Assembly (NCBI GenBank): GCA_009103225.1 | Contig: RHPI01002888.1 | Location: 82,122-146,121, forward strand | Direction of reading: 5' to 3' | Source of the DNA: Chlorokybus atmophyticus | Taxonomy: Eukaryota; Plantae; Mesostigma and Chlorokybus algae | DNA: 64,000 nt | Shown: positions 12,457 to 23,845 of the stretch, piece by piece | Numbering within the stretch: the first letter of the stretch is position 1 | How the letters are laid out: each line of letters starts with the position of its first letter | Notes under the pieces: model-generated | The model's input: only the letters and a program-made list of their open reading frames with translations | Told to the model about the DNA's origin: nothing | Databases searched by the model: none | Program-made: the position numbers and the translations under genes

Positions 12457-15400
12457 ATGGCAAGGCACCGAAGCAGCTCAAACGGCACTAGCAGCAGCAA
12501 ACCCCTCAGAAGTTCTTCAGAACCTGTGCATGAAGAGCCTTTAAGTGCTGTTGCAGCACAAGTTGCGGACGACAGTATAGCAGGCATGGCTTCAGCGCTG
12601 TCTGCGCTGCGCGAAATGGTGAAGTGGCCACAGCTGTACTCAGCAGAGGCGCACACACTGGGCGTTCGGGTAAGAGCTATACCTTAGCTATGCAGGTTGC
12701 CACCAGCGGGCTTAGAAATGCTGTTCAGCGGATGCAACAGAACTGAAAGCACTCGGCGTGCAAGGTTGCATGCGCAGGGCACTGTGACAGTAGGCATGCA
12801 ACACAGCTGTGACAACCATGTCAGTCAATGGCTACCGTGTAACAAATGTACCAGGACATGCATATTCGCACTGGTCGCTGCTTACAAGTACGTGTATGGG
12901 TACAGTGGCCGAGAGGGGTGCTGCTGCATGGCCCGCCAGGCGTTGGAAAGACCTTGCTGGTGCGTGCAGTTGCGCGGGAATGTGACGCCCTGTTGCAAGT
13001 CATCGGGTGCGATTGCATGTGACGCAGTGATTGCATCTTTGGCTGCTACGGCATGTGTTAGCCAGCAGATTCATTGCACGTGTGACGGGTTGTTATCAAT
13101 TCGTTTTGCATTGAAGACCCAGCGATGTCTTCGGAGCTTACTTGGGTGAAAGTGAGCGCCGTCTGCGGGAACACTTCTCTCAAGCTGAGAATGACGCTGC
13201 AACTGGCCGTACAGTCATCCTCTTCATTGATGAGATTGATGCTTTGTGTCCGAAACGAGACTCGAGGTGCAGTTTGCTCATGACTGTCCAAGTTGGTCTA
13301 TACCTGCAATTAGGCGTGCACTACGCAAGTATATGTGCTGGTGATTGCAGTGAAGCCGGCAGTTATGTCTGCATCCTCAGCTGGTTGAATGCATATGCAC
13401 TGTCACAACTGTGAATGCTTTGCAACGGTCGTGCAAGGGCGTTCAACTTTGCGTGCATCTTGTTGGCTTGCAGGAAACAGCATGAAGCCCGCGTAGTTGC
13501 GCAGCTCTTGACATTGATGAATGGTGGTTTGAGACCTGGAAGACAGGAGTCGTCTGTGGGCAGAGTGCTAGTTGTCGCTGCAACAAACAGGTCTCTCAGC
13601 ACAAGTGCATGTGGCCTGTGTATAGGGACATTTTGCCGTTTCATGCACTGTTGTTCCCTCACATGACACCAGTACCACGCTTTTGTGTGCTGGCCACTTG
13701 CTGTTGTACATATTTGTGGCACCTTGTAAGTTGCAGGCCCAATGTGCTCGACCCAGCATTGAGGCGGCCAGGCCGATTTGATGGTGAACTAGCCATAGAG
13801 CTGCCAACTGTCGAGGAGCGTGTTGAGATACTGCAACTGCACGCCAAGCACTTACCGCTGGCATCAAGCGTTGATCTACAAGCCGTTGCTGGGTCTTGCA
13901 ATGGCTACAGCGGGGCAGACCTTGCTGGCCTGTGCAGGGAGGCAGCTATGGCAGCCATACGCAGAGAGATGGTATTGCCATGCTTTGCACCCAACCTTTC
14001 TATGAACTACAACTGCTATTGCGCCCTACACATTGCATATGTTTCATGTAGAGTTTGGAGTGCTCAACCAGCGAGGTGCTTCCTTGTGACTTTCAAGAAG
14101 CTCTGAGCCGGGTTGGGCCGTCAGTAACCCGGGGCATAGCAGGTGCGTGGTAGATTGGCGCCAGTGCAATTATGGTGGGCATGTTGTACGATTGCTTAAA
14201 ATACACAACATGCTGTCAAACAGTTGGCACGCCATCCACCACGTGGGCTGATATCGGCGGCTTAGACCACATCAAGCGTCGCATGAAGCAAGCCGTGGAA
14301 TGGCCGATACTACACGATGCTGCGTTCAAGCGCTTGGGGTTGTCCCCGCCACGAGGGGTGCTGCTCTACGGGCCGCCTGGGTGCTGTAAAACAACACTTG
14401 CCAAAGCAGCTGCTAACGCAGCGGCTTCGACACTGTTTTCTCTGAGCTGTGCAGGTAGAAGCTCAGCTCTCATAAGCTCATAGTACAGAAAGGAGAGGTA
14501 ATGTGGATGCTAATCAAGACGTACATGCAGAGGCCTTCTCACTGTTTGTTGGCGAAGGCGAGCGGTTGCTGAGAGACATATTCCAACGTGCAAGGCTGGC
14601 AGCACCGTCCATTGTGTTTCTGGATGAGATGGATGCACTGGCCACCCGCAGGTGCCTACACCATCGCCGAAGCATCAATGCAAAGCATTACCTTTGCTGT
14701 CTGTCAAGGCTTGACAAGGGTTAAATATTGTCAGATCGCAGCATGAGGGAGGCTCTGGTCATGGAGGCACGTCACCAGGTATGGCTTTGTAGAGTATGTG
14801 GCTCGAGTTGTACGTGTCAACAGGGTTGAGCATGCGATCCGGCTCTTGCATGCGCGAACTGCCAGGGTCTGCTGGGCTCAGTGAAACAGTATTGTCGTCG
14901 TCAAAACTGGCACGACTTTGACAGGCGAGCGGCTGCTTTCTGTGTTGTTGACCGAGATGGACGGATTGGAGTCTGCCACAGGCGTACTTGTTCTCGCTGC
15001 CACGAATCGGCCAGATTCAATAGATGCGGCTCTGCTTCGACCAGGGCGTTTTGATCTGGTGCGTTCGTTGCTTGAAGACTCCCTTTGCCAGGAGTGTTTC
15101 TTCCCAATTGAATGCCTACGTGCTTTGCGATCAGGTGCTGTACGTGCCACCCCCTGATGAGATGGGACGTTTGGAGGCATTGCGCGTGCACACGCAGCGC
15201 ATGCGGTTAACCGATGATGTGGATCTTGCCGCCATCGCAGCATCTACACAGCTCTTCACAGGTGTGCGCATGTGTGTTCATGCGCCCGAGCATGTGTGCG
15301 TGTTCTCGTTTGTTCGTTTGCATAGTGCACACGCATGCATGCACGCACGCATACACACACACTCGCACGCACTGTGGTTGGCTTGGTTGTGACATGTCAT

Positions 15401-15618
15401 CAGCCTTCGTGCTATTGCCAACAGGGGCTGAGCTGCAAGGCTTGTGTCGGGAGGCTGCCATGACAGCATTAAGGGAGGACATTAGGGCGCCTGCCATTGC
15501 GCATAAGCACTTTGTCGCTGCCCGCGGATCAGCCAAAGCCTCTTTGACACCTCTCATGTTAGCTGCATACGAAGCCTTCCAACAAGGGCTTGGTTCCACC
15601 AAGGTGCCTGCACACTGA
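12457..15618 (+). CDS. CDC48B: Double AAA+ ATPase, CDC48B / AFG2B (SPATA5L1)-like, multi-exon
   Basis: D1: [46 protein letters not shown]2: [62 protein letters not shown]. No p97 N-domain. Subfamily assigned from motif recall, not phylogeny. Confidence 0.85.
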
Positions 15619-16151
15619 TGAACACACATTGCATGGAGATCTGAAAGTTATCATTGCTGGTGTTGGATGAGTCGGACCGTACGACAGCAGCTACCAACTA
15701 GTTCCCAGCCATTAGCCAGAACAACAGCAACGTGCCTATCACACCTGGTACTGCACTGTGGAGTACTACTGGTCAAGTTGTTGTGTATCAGTTGCTGGCT
15801 CATGCATGTACGAGGGTCCACAGGCATGGACCTTTATGTGCTTTTGAGTTTGATTGACCCGCTACACTTATGTCTCAATTGTGTAGGAGTCGTTCCAAAG
15901 ATCTTGCTTTAGTGTTTGTTAGGGTGTACATTTTGTATCAACTATTCGTGCTGTAGTCACTTGCAACCAGACATACTACTATGTCGAGTTGACACAACCA
16001 GTTGGCACGAATAACACCACAATTTCATGTAATTATACACATGGCGCATGTATACAAAGGCGTGTACAACAGGGGTATGCCACAAAGTCCGCAAGCATGG
16101 TGTTCTGGCAATCACGCCGACATACACGCAACACTCATTACACAGCCCACC

Positions 16152-16500
16152 ACCGGGCTAGCACTAGTCTTCACACTAACCCTATCAGCCTGTTAGTCAT
16201 ATGAAGCCTGCATGAAGCAATCACCTGCCCACACGGGCTGCAAGTCAGTCGCTGTTGGCCATGGCAAGGTAAACTCTTATATTGATTTCACACATTGTAC
16301 AAAAAGGTTCAGATGCTGTCCATGCCTAGCACACACAGCAGGTAATCAAAGTGGCAAGGATGGTAAGGATGGCAACAGCGACCGGGCTAGCACTAATCTA
16401 CACTTCCCCTATCAGCCTGCCCCGTTAGTCATACAAAGCCTGCATGAAGCAATCACCTGCCCACACGGGCTGCAAGTCAGTCGCTGTTGGCAATGGCAAG
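16152..16500. repeat. Imperfect direct duplication, about 120 bp unit at about 16152 and 16381
   Basis: accgggctagcacta...ctatcagcctg...gttagtcata...gcctgcatgaagcaatcacctgcccacacgggctgcaagtcagtcgctgttggc occurs twice, about 230 bp apart. Confidence 0.85.
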
Positions 16501-16909
16501 GATGGCAACAGCAATGACGACGACTCCTTCCCTCCCTCCCTGCGGTTGTCCCTCTCCTCTGCCACTCTCTCCTGCAGAGTCGCCCACGCTCTGTTCTTCC
16601 CTCGTCACCCTAACCCTAGCGTCAGCACTGCACCGCGCAGGGTGGCTGTGTCGCAAGTGACAGTTAGGTGTCGCAGCTGGCAGTTAGGTGCTGCTGGTGG
16701 GGGTGGGGGGTGGGGGTGGGGGGTCCTGTCCTTCGCACGGGCATGTTTCTACCTCTTTATAGCTAAAATATTTGCAGAGGCCACATTGACGCATGAAGAC
16801 TGCATTTGTAAACCACAGGAGATCAAAACGTCCAATTGGGAGCATGTATCCTGTCTGCCATTCTACTGATATGCAAATCCCGTGGCTAACTACCCGTGCA
16901 ACTGATCCA

Positions 16910-18705
16910 CTAAAATGGTGCCACCTCAAAAGTGTCATACTTTGGTGCGCCCGGGAAAGTCTGGTCGGGGTCAATGGCGGACAGCGTCTTGCCAATGCTG
17001 CGCGTATCGAACAAGGCCCTGATCACCAGGCTTGCAACATCTTCTCTGTGTATGCTGCCAACCACTTTGGTGGACTCGGTCAGGACAGCTGTCCCTGTAG
17101 CCGGCTCAGACTTCAACCCTCCAGGACGGATGATAGTCCACTCCAAACCGCTGCTCTTCAGGAAATCCTCCGCCTTTGTCTTTTCCACCAAGACAGGCTC
17201 CAAAGTCTGCCAATAGCATAAGCTTACAGCATAAACACACCATTGTTCTCAACACAATGCTGCATGTGTTGCACCGACAGCTTCGTTTACTGTACATGCT
17301 GGCAAAATAGTCTGCGAGGAACACAACACACCTGATAAACATTGGGCGGTGTGGCATCTTTGCTATCACCTGTGCCAATACTGGTCACAAGGACGAACCG
17401 TTTCACACCCGCCTCCTTGGCCGCCTTGATGATGTTGATGTTTCCCTCAGAGTCGGCTGCCGGATTGCTTGGTGTGCCTCCCACGGTGGAAACCACAGCA
17501 TCCAAGTCCTTGCCATTGATGGCTGCCTTGACAGTATCGGGCTTGAGTGCGTCGCCCATTGCCACAATGGCCCCTGCAACAGCGATAAGGCATATGAAAA
17601 AACTCAGGACGCAGTAGCTAAACTCTGCAACAACAGTGGTACACATGCTAAGTCTTTGCTGTATCATAATACTGACGCAGCTTTATGGAACAGAGTGGCA
17701 GCGAGCTTGCATGGATACGGGCACAAACGCACACATGCGCGTGAAGATATGCAGACGCAGCCATACGAGAGCACACCCACATGCACACAGCCAGCTTACC
17801 ATATCCTTCGATGACCTTCTGCCTTGTTCCGCTCCGCTGCAATGCTGTGACCCAGGCACCCTTTTCAGAAAGCAAGCGAGTCACTTGCAAGGCTACCCCA
17901 CCGCCACCTGTGTTGTCAACCAGATGTTGTGTCCGTTCCCAACTCCACGCTGTCACTTGTGCATGGGTTTACCAACACAGTGCACAAAAAATGAATGAGG
18001 CTTACCAGCAACCAGGATGCTGGAATTATCGGGTTCAAGATCGCTGCGAACAACAGCTCGCCGCCGCTGCTGTCGGTTGTGCTCTGTGCCCCTCAGCTGC
18101 AAAGACAGTTGTACAAGATGACCACTGCTGCGCCTTAAGGGCAACCCTGCATTAGAGGACGCAACTAAGTTGACAACGCGTGTGTGCCCAAGAATGCCAG
18201 CACGGCAGAATGCACTTGGGCTGTGTGTTATGGCCAATGCAATGCAGCACTGCTGTCAGCAAATAAATCATAGACACATGCAGTCACGCATGGCAGCATA
18301 CGCAGTTGACAGCGTTGGAGTCGTGCAATCAACCAAGAAAAGGTGAGTAAACAGTACAGTAGAACACACAGTAAGAATGTAGAAATGGGCAAAGGATGGA
18401 CAATGCAGCAATGCTTCCATGCATTCTGCTTACTAGAGCCATAAGCCGCAAGATGCGAGCTTTATTCACTTCTTGACACATGCAAAGCTCAACCAAGATC
18501 ACACGCTGCAGATGGCTAGCTGCATAGAAGCCAATGCAGCATGGCCAAAGCATCCCCCCACCCGCTGAAGCTCACCTGCTGGCCGCCGAGCTGGGGAAGG
18601 ATGGGCCAGCACCGTGCGCCGGGCGGCAGCTTGAGCATGCAACCGTTTGGGGACGCATGCTGCCAGCGCTCCCGCGCTCACGCCGAGAGCCACCGCCGCC
18701 GCCAT
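16910..18705 (-). CDS. NAD(P)-binding Rossmann-fold atypical SDR / epimerase-like protein, probably plastid-targeted, multi-exon
   Basis: Spliced model MAAAVALGVSAGALAAC...RRAVVRSDLEPDNSSILVAG|GGGVALQVTRLL...GDALKPDTV...VVSTVGG...EGNINIIKAAKEAGVKRFVLVTSIGTG...EKTKAEDFLKSSGLEWTIIRPGGLKSEP...SIHREDVASLV...EVAPF*. The N-terminus is A/R/S-rich like a transit peptide. Confidence 0.85.
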
Positions 18706-18726
18706 TGCACCCGCCGCCTCCGCCAG

Positions 18727-18744
18727 CAACAACAACAACAACAA
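18727..18744. repeat. (CAA)6 microsatellite between two divergent start codons
   Basis: caacaacaacaacaacaa runs directly into the ATG at 18744. Confidence 0.9.
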
Positions 18745-18830
18745 TGGCAAGCATACGCAGATCCGCTAGTTTGTTGCTGGCGCCATTGTTGGCGGCGGCG
18801 GCGGCGGGGGTGGGGTGAGGCTGAGGCGTC

Positions 18831-21800
18831 ATGCGCGTAGTGGCGCCGCAACAGCAGCTGCTGCTTGGCCGTGCCGTGGGGAGGAACAACAAGCTTGGCC
18901 AGCAGCAGCTTGCTGGCAGCACCAGCACACTAGCTAGGTGGACGACAAGGAGGACCTGGAGGAGCATTAGCAGTAAGCCAGGCTTGGTGTTGCGGACTGC
19001 TAGGGTTTCAGGCGGGGTTGGCGTCATGGCGTGCTTGGGCGCCGAGTCCTTCGCCGTCGTGCCCCGCGGCTGGACGGAGCGCGTCCCCAGCCTGGAGGCC
19101 TACGGCGCCCGCCATAAGCACTCCCTCGCTGATCCGGATGCCTTCTGGGCTGAGGCGGCGCAAGCTTACCATTGGGAAACGCCTTTTAGGGTCAGTCAAA
19201 GGATTTGACCATTTGCATGCTACACTCAGTGTTGCTCACTTTCTTGTGTGCTCGCTTGTCCACACGACTCAATGCAACCAGCATTGTTGTCCCTTGAACG
19301 CGCACAGCTGCATTGTCAGCAGCATGCATGCGTCTTGAAGCGTTTGCGTTTGTGTGCACAGGAGCAACACCATTCGTACAACTTCGACCGGACGCAAGGC
19401 CCCATTTTCAGCAAGTGGTTTGAGGGCGGGAAGACAAACATCTGCTACAATGCACTTGATCGCCACATTGCAGCAGGCAAGGTATGCTTATAATGCTTGT
19501 GATGCTTATGATGCTTATGAATGCAATCAAGCCTTTGTGCTCAATCTACGCATCATGTGGCATGTGTGGTTTTATAACGAGTTAGTACTTTGCAGGGAGA
19601 CAAAGCGGCTTTTTTGTGGGAAAGCAATGATGGCAGCCAGACGAAGACAGTTACGTATAAGGAGCTCCTTGAGATGGTGTCAAAGACTGCAGCCTTTCTC
19701 AAAAGCAAAGGTGTCAAGATGGGAGACAGCGTCACGATCTACATGCCTATGATTCCCGAGCTGCCAGCTGCAATGCTGGCCTGCGCAAGAATTGGTAAGT
19801 ATGACGTGTACTGCATGGCATGTCAGTATACAGCGATAATTGCTCAGCATGTGTCTGTGTTTTCGTTGCAGGTGCAATACACTCTGTCGTCTTTGGAGGG
19901 TTTGCAGCAGATGCACTCGGGGAGCGCATTAAAGACAGCGAGTCAAGTGTAATCCTGACTTGCTCTGCATCTGCTCGAGGAAAAAAAGTGATCCCTTTCA
20001 AACCGATTGTTGACAAGGCCCTGGAGGTATGGCAGTCTATTCACCCTTCAATTGCGAATGTGGTAACAAGTGTATCGGGTAAATCAACTGCGTTTTGCAG
20101 ATCGCTGCTGCTGCCGGGCAAAATGTACACACGTGTCTTGTGTATGACAACTATTGGACTATGAAGCGCGACGATGTCAAGATGACTTCTGGCAGGGACC
20201 TCTGGTGGCAAGATGTGGTTGATACCTTCCCTGCAGAGTGCCCAGTATGTGTCCACACTTACACTCAAGCACATGGCACACGCGCACTGGCACAAGTGCA
20301 CAAACAAACAGACGCATACACTTGCATGCGCGTACGTGCGCATGCACACTGTCCTGCATTGCAACCCCATTGCCGTGACAAGACACTTTCGCAGGTGGAA
20401 TGGGTCGACTCTGAGGCAGAGCTTTTCATGCTGTACACCTCCGGTAGCACTGGCAAACCGAAGGGTGTTGTTCACGGGACCGGTGGCTACATGGTGCACG
20501 CTGGGTTGACCTTCCAGCTGTCGTTTGACCACAAAGATGACGATGTGTTCTGGCAAGTGTTGATGTCACGATTGTCTAACAGTACCACATGACTGTGTGC
20601 GAGTCTGTGTTATGCATGGCCACCTTGCCCTGATAGTTGCTGCTTTCTGCTTGCTACAGGTCAAGTGCAGACTGTGGATGGGTGACAGGACACACTTATG
20701 TTACATACGGCCCTCTTCTACACAATGCCACATGCGTGTTGTTTGAAGGGATTCCCACTTACCCGCAGGTTGGTACTATTTGATGCATGCGCACTGGGTC
20801 CTAGCTGCTCGTGTGACAGCTTCTTGCTGTGTGTGCAGCCAGATCGGTATTGGCAAATCATCGAGAAATACAATGTCTCTATCTTTTACACAGCTCCCAC
20901 CGTTGTTAGAAGTCTTATACTGGAAGGTGACCACTGGCCAGAGAAATACAGGTACCTGCATAATGCAAGTGTTGAGCATGGTCAAGTGTGACTGGTTGAT
21001 GCTGAATGTGCGTCATCTGTTGTCTGTGGCAGGATGGAGTCCTTGAGAATACTTGGTACCGTTGGTGAGCCCATTAATCCCGAAGCATGGCATTGGCTCT
21101 ATGAGAAGATTGGCGGCAAACGTTGCCCTGTTGTTGACACGTGGTTTCAGGTATGTCATTGCATGCATGGCTGACACAGGTCACTTGTCTTGCATGCGTG
21201 TGTGTCTCTTATTTGATGTTGTGCAGACTGAAACTGGCGGACACATGATGCTGCCTTTGCCTGGTGCATGGCCATTGAAGCCGGGATCAGCAACGCTCCC
21301 GTTTTTTGGCGTTGAACCCGTGCTGCTAGATGAAGACGGCAATGAGTTGGAAGGTAAGTTGAATGTCCTTTACAGTATTGCTGACATTATCTCAGTCGCT
21401 GTTGTCGGCAACATGCTTCAACCACCTGGCGTAAACCTCACCAAAACTTGACATAATTCTTGTCAAGTTTCTGTTCTGGCAATCCAAAATTTGACAACAA
21501 AACCTGCCAAAATAAGTCCGCAAGCCACATTGTGTGCTGAGTCTGTTGCGCAGCAGTTGGATAACGCTACTTGATAGCATGACATGTATGCTCTCAAGTT
21601 GCAAAATCTGCAAAACCACAGCAAGCAGGTGTGTGATGCATAATGAAGTCCAAGTCCAAACTTGATGCATGTGCAGGGCCTGCCACTGGCCTGCTTGCGA
21701 TTAAGCGGGCTTGGCCTGGGATGATGAAAACTGTTCGCAACGATCACGCGCGCTTTGAGCAGACGTACTTTGATGATAAGAAGTTGAAAGGGTCCGTTTC

Positions 21801-22588
21801 TCTTCTTTGAAAGTATAAACTCTCGCGATAGATACATGGTCTTTCTTGGTCGTCCTGATTTGCGTTTTTGCAACAGATACTACATCACAGGCGATGGTTG
21901 CCGACGAGACGAGGATAGTTACCACTGGATCACTGGCCGTGTTGATGACGTGATAAATGTTAGCGGACATCGCTTGGGCACGGCAGAGATTGAAGCAGCG
22001 TTGACATCGCATCATGTATGTCCATTCCTAGTATTTGGCTGCTGTGGTGTGCCTTTGCTGGAATGCATACCGAATGCGTGCCAACAAGCGAATGCTGCAT
22101 TTGGCTGATGCTTGTATGTGGTGGTGGTAGGGTTGCACGGAGGCAGCAGTGGTTGGTGTTGAACATCCTGTCAAAGGGCAGGCTGTGTATGCGTTCTGCG
22201 TGACTGCTTTTGGGGTGGAGCCAAGCGAGCAGCTGCGCGACGAGTTGAAGGTACTGCACTGTTGGCCATGGCTACATCACAACCTTGCAAGCCGTCAAGT
22301 ACATGCACACGTTTTAACTTTCTCTGTTTTGCGGCACAGGCATCTGTGAGGCAAATTGTTGGAGCTTTTGCGGTGCCGGATACAATTCACTGGGCGCCAT
22401 CCCTTCCTCGCACGAGATCTGGCAAGTTACTGCGACGAATGATGCGCAAGATTGCCAATGGCGACTTCGAGAACTTAGGCGACACAAGCACGCTGGCTGA
22501 GCCGTCTATAATTGAGAAGCTGATCAAGCAAAGCACGTATGATGTCAACTTGCAGCCAACAAAGCAGTTGCAGGCTGTTGTAGAATAA
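18831..22588 (+). CDS. ACS: Acetyl-CoA synthetase (AMP-forming) with N-terminal targeting extension, multi-exon; start may be 18744
   Basis: [10 protein letters not shown]; [17 protein letters not shown]; [30 protein letters not shown]; [17 protein letters not shown]; [11 protein letters not shown]; [13 protein letters not shown]; [39 protein letters not shown]; [18 protein letters not shown]; stop at 22588. Confidence 0.94.
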
Positions 22589-23845
22589 CGGATGCTGCAG
22601 AATGCTGTTGTGGAGACCAGCACTGGACATCCACAGCTTTTTGTACTGCATGTACTCTCATAACCGGTTGATAGTGTGCAGAGTCACAAAAGGTAGTACA
22701 CAAATTTGTTATGTTGGCATAAGTAACACTCGCACACTCAGCCCGCGGGGGCTTTACATTTCAGGGCGATCGCTACAACACTGCAATGACCCTGGCCAAG
22801 TGTGCAGGTACTAGGCGCAGGTAGAGTTGCAATGGGCAAGGAGAAGGGTCCAACCTACAGAGCATTGCCGTGAACCTTCATTCTCATTACGTCTAGTTGT
22901 GCAAGGGCACTCTTGCATGCGATGACAAGTCAGGTCTCCCCAACTGGCCAGGCCCTGGTGGCCGTGGTCTGTGAAGCCGCTGTCAGAATGTTGCCACCGG
23001 GGGCGCGCAAGAAAGACCCCTTCGCACATGTTGATACAAATGTTCAATACCATGTGCTGTATCAATCAATTCAAGTTGCACGCGTTTTTATTGGTTAAGT
23101 TGTAATTGCACATGCTGCACTTTCAACATCAACAGTGCGCTTGCTTTTACAAGCACATTACCTCGTGACAGACTTGTCAAGTCCTTTGTATCAAAATGAA
23201 CAGACTATGTCTCAATGTGCCTTGCTGATGGCAGCAAGGTGGCTAGACCGCATTAAGAGCTATCTGGATAGATAGATGCAAGAAGCAAGTGTGGCGTCCA
23301 ACACCATCATGCTATGCACAAAAATTAGCAGCAAGAAAAGCTGTTTACAAGTGGGAACTTCTTCCTCCATGCTATATCACCATACCTTATGTGCAGAATC
23401 AAGCGTGAAGTACTTCAACTGTTGCACTACTACCCTGACAAAACAACCAAGCCAGGAAATACAAAAAAGTATACAAAAAAGTTTACACCTGATCCTGCTA
23501 TGGTCAGCAACTGTTGACCTGAACTAACGTGGCCATTGCCACCAGAAACGTATCTTCGCTTAACACTAGTACGTATTGCATACTGTGACCTGTAGGGCCG
23601 CGTGGTGGTTGGTGTCTGATGTGGCGGACACTAGGTTCGCTGCTCCCGCACTTGCGTGCAGGCGCATGAACAACCCACTCTCCTTGACTAGTTATAACCT
23701 TCTCCTCACCTACATTGACTGCCACAAAGCACTGCCTGTGTGCGCAGCTAATCACGTTTGCATCTATAAAGCTGCTGTCCAACCGTACACCATGCGGTCA
23801 AGGACGCCCACGCCTTGTAGGGCACCTTATATTAACTACATTCGC

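Noticed and set aside
16605-16622. Telomere-like ccctaaccctag motif
   Set aside because: Only about two units; no array, so no evidence of a telomere or interstitial telomeric repeat.
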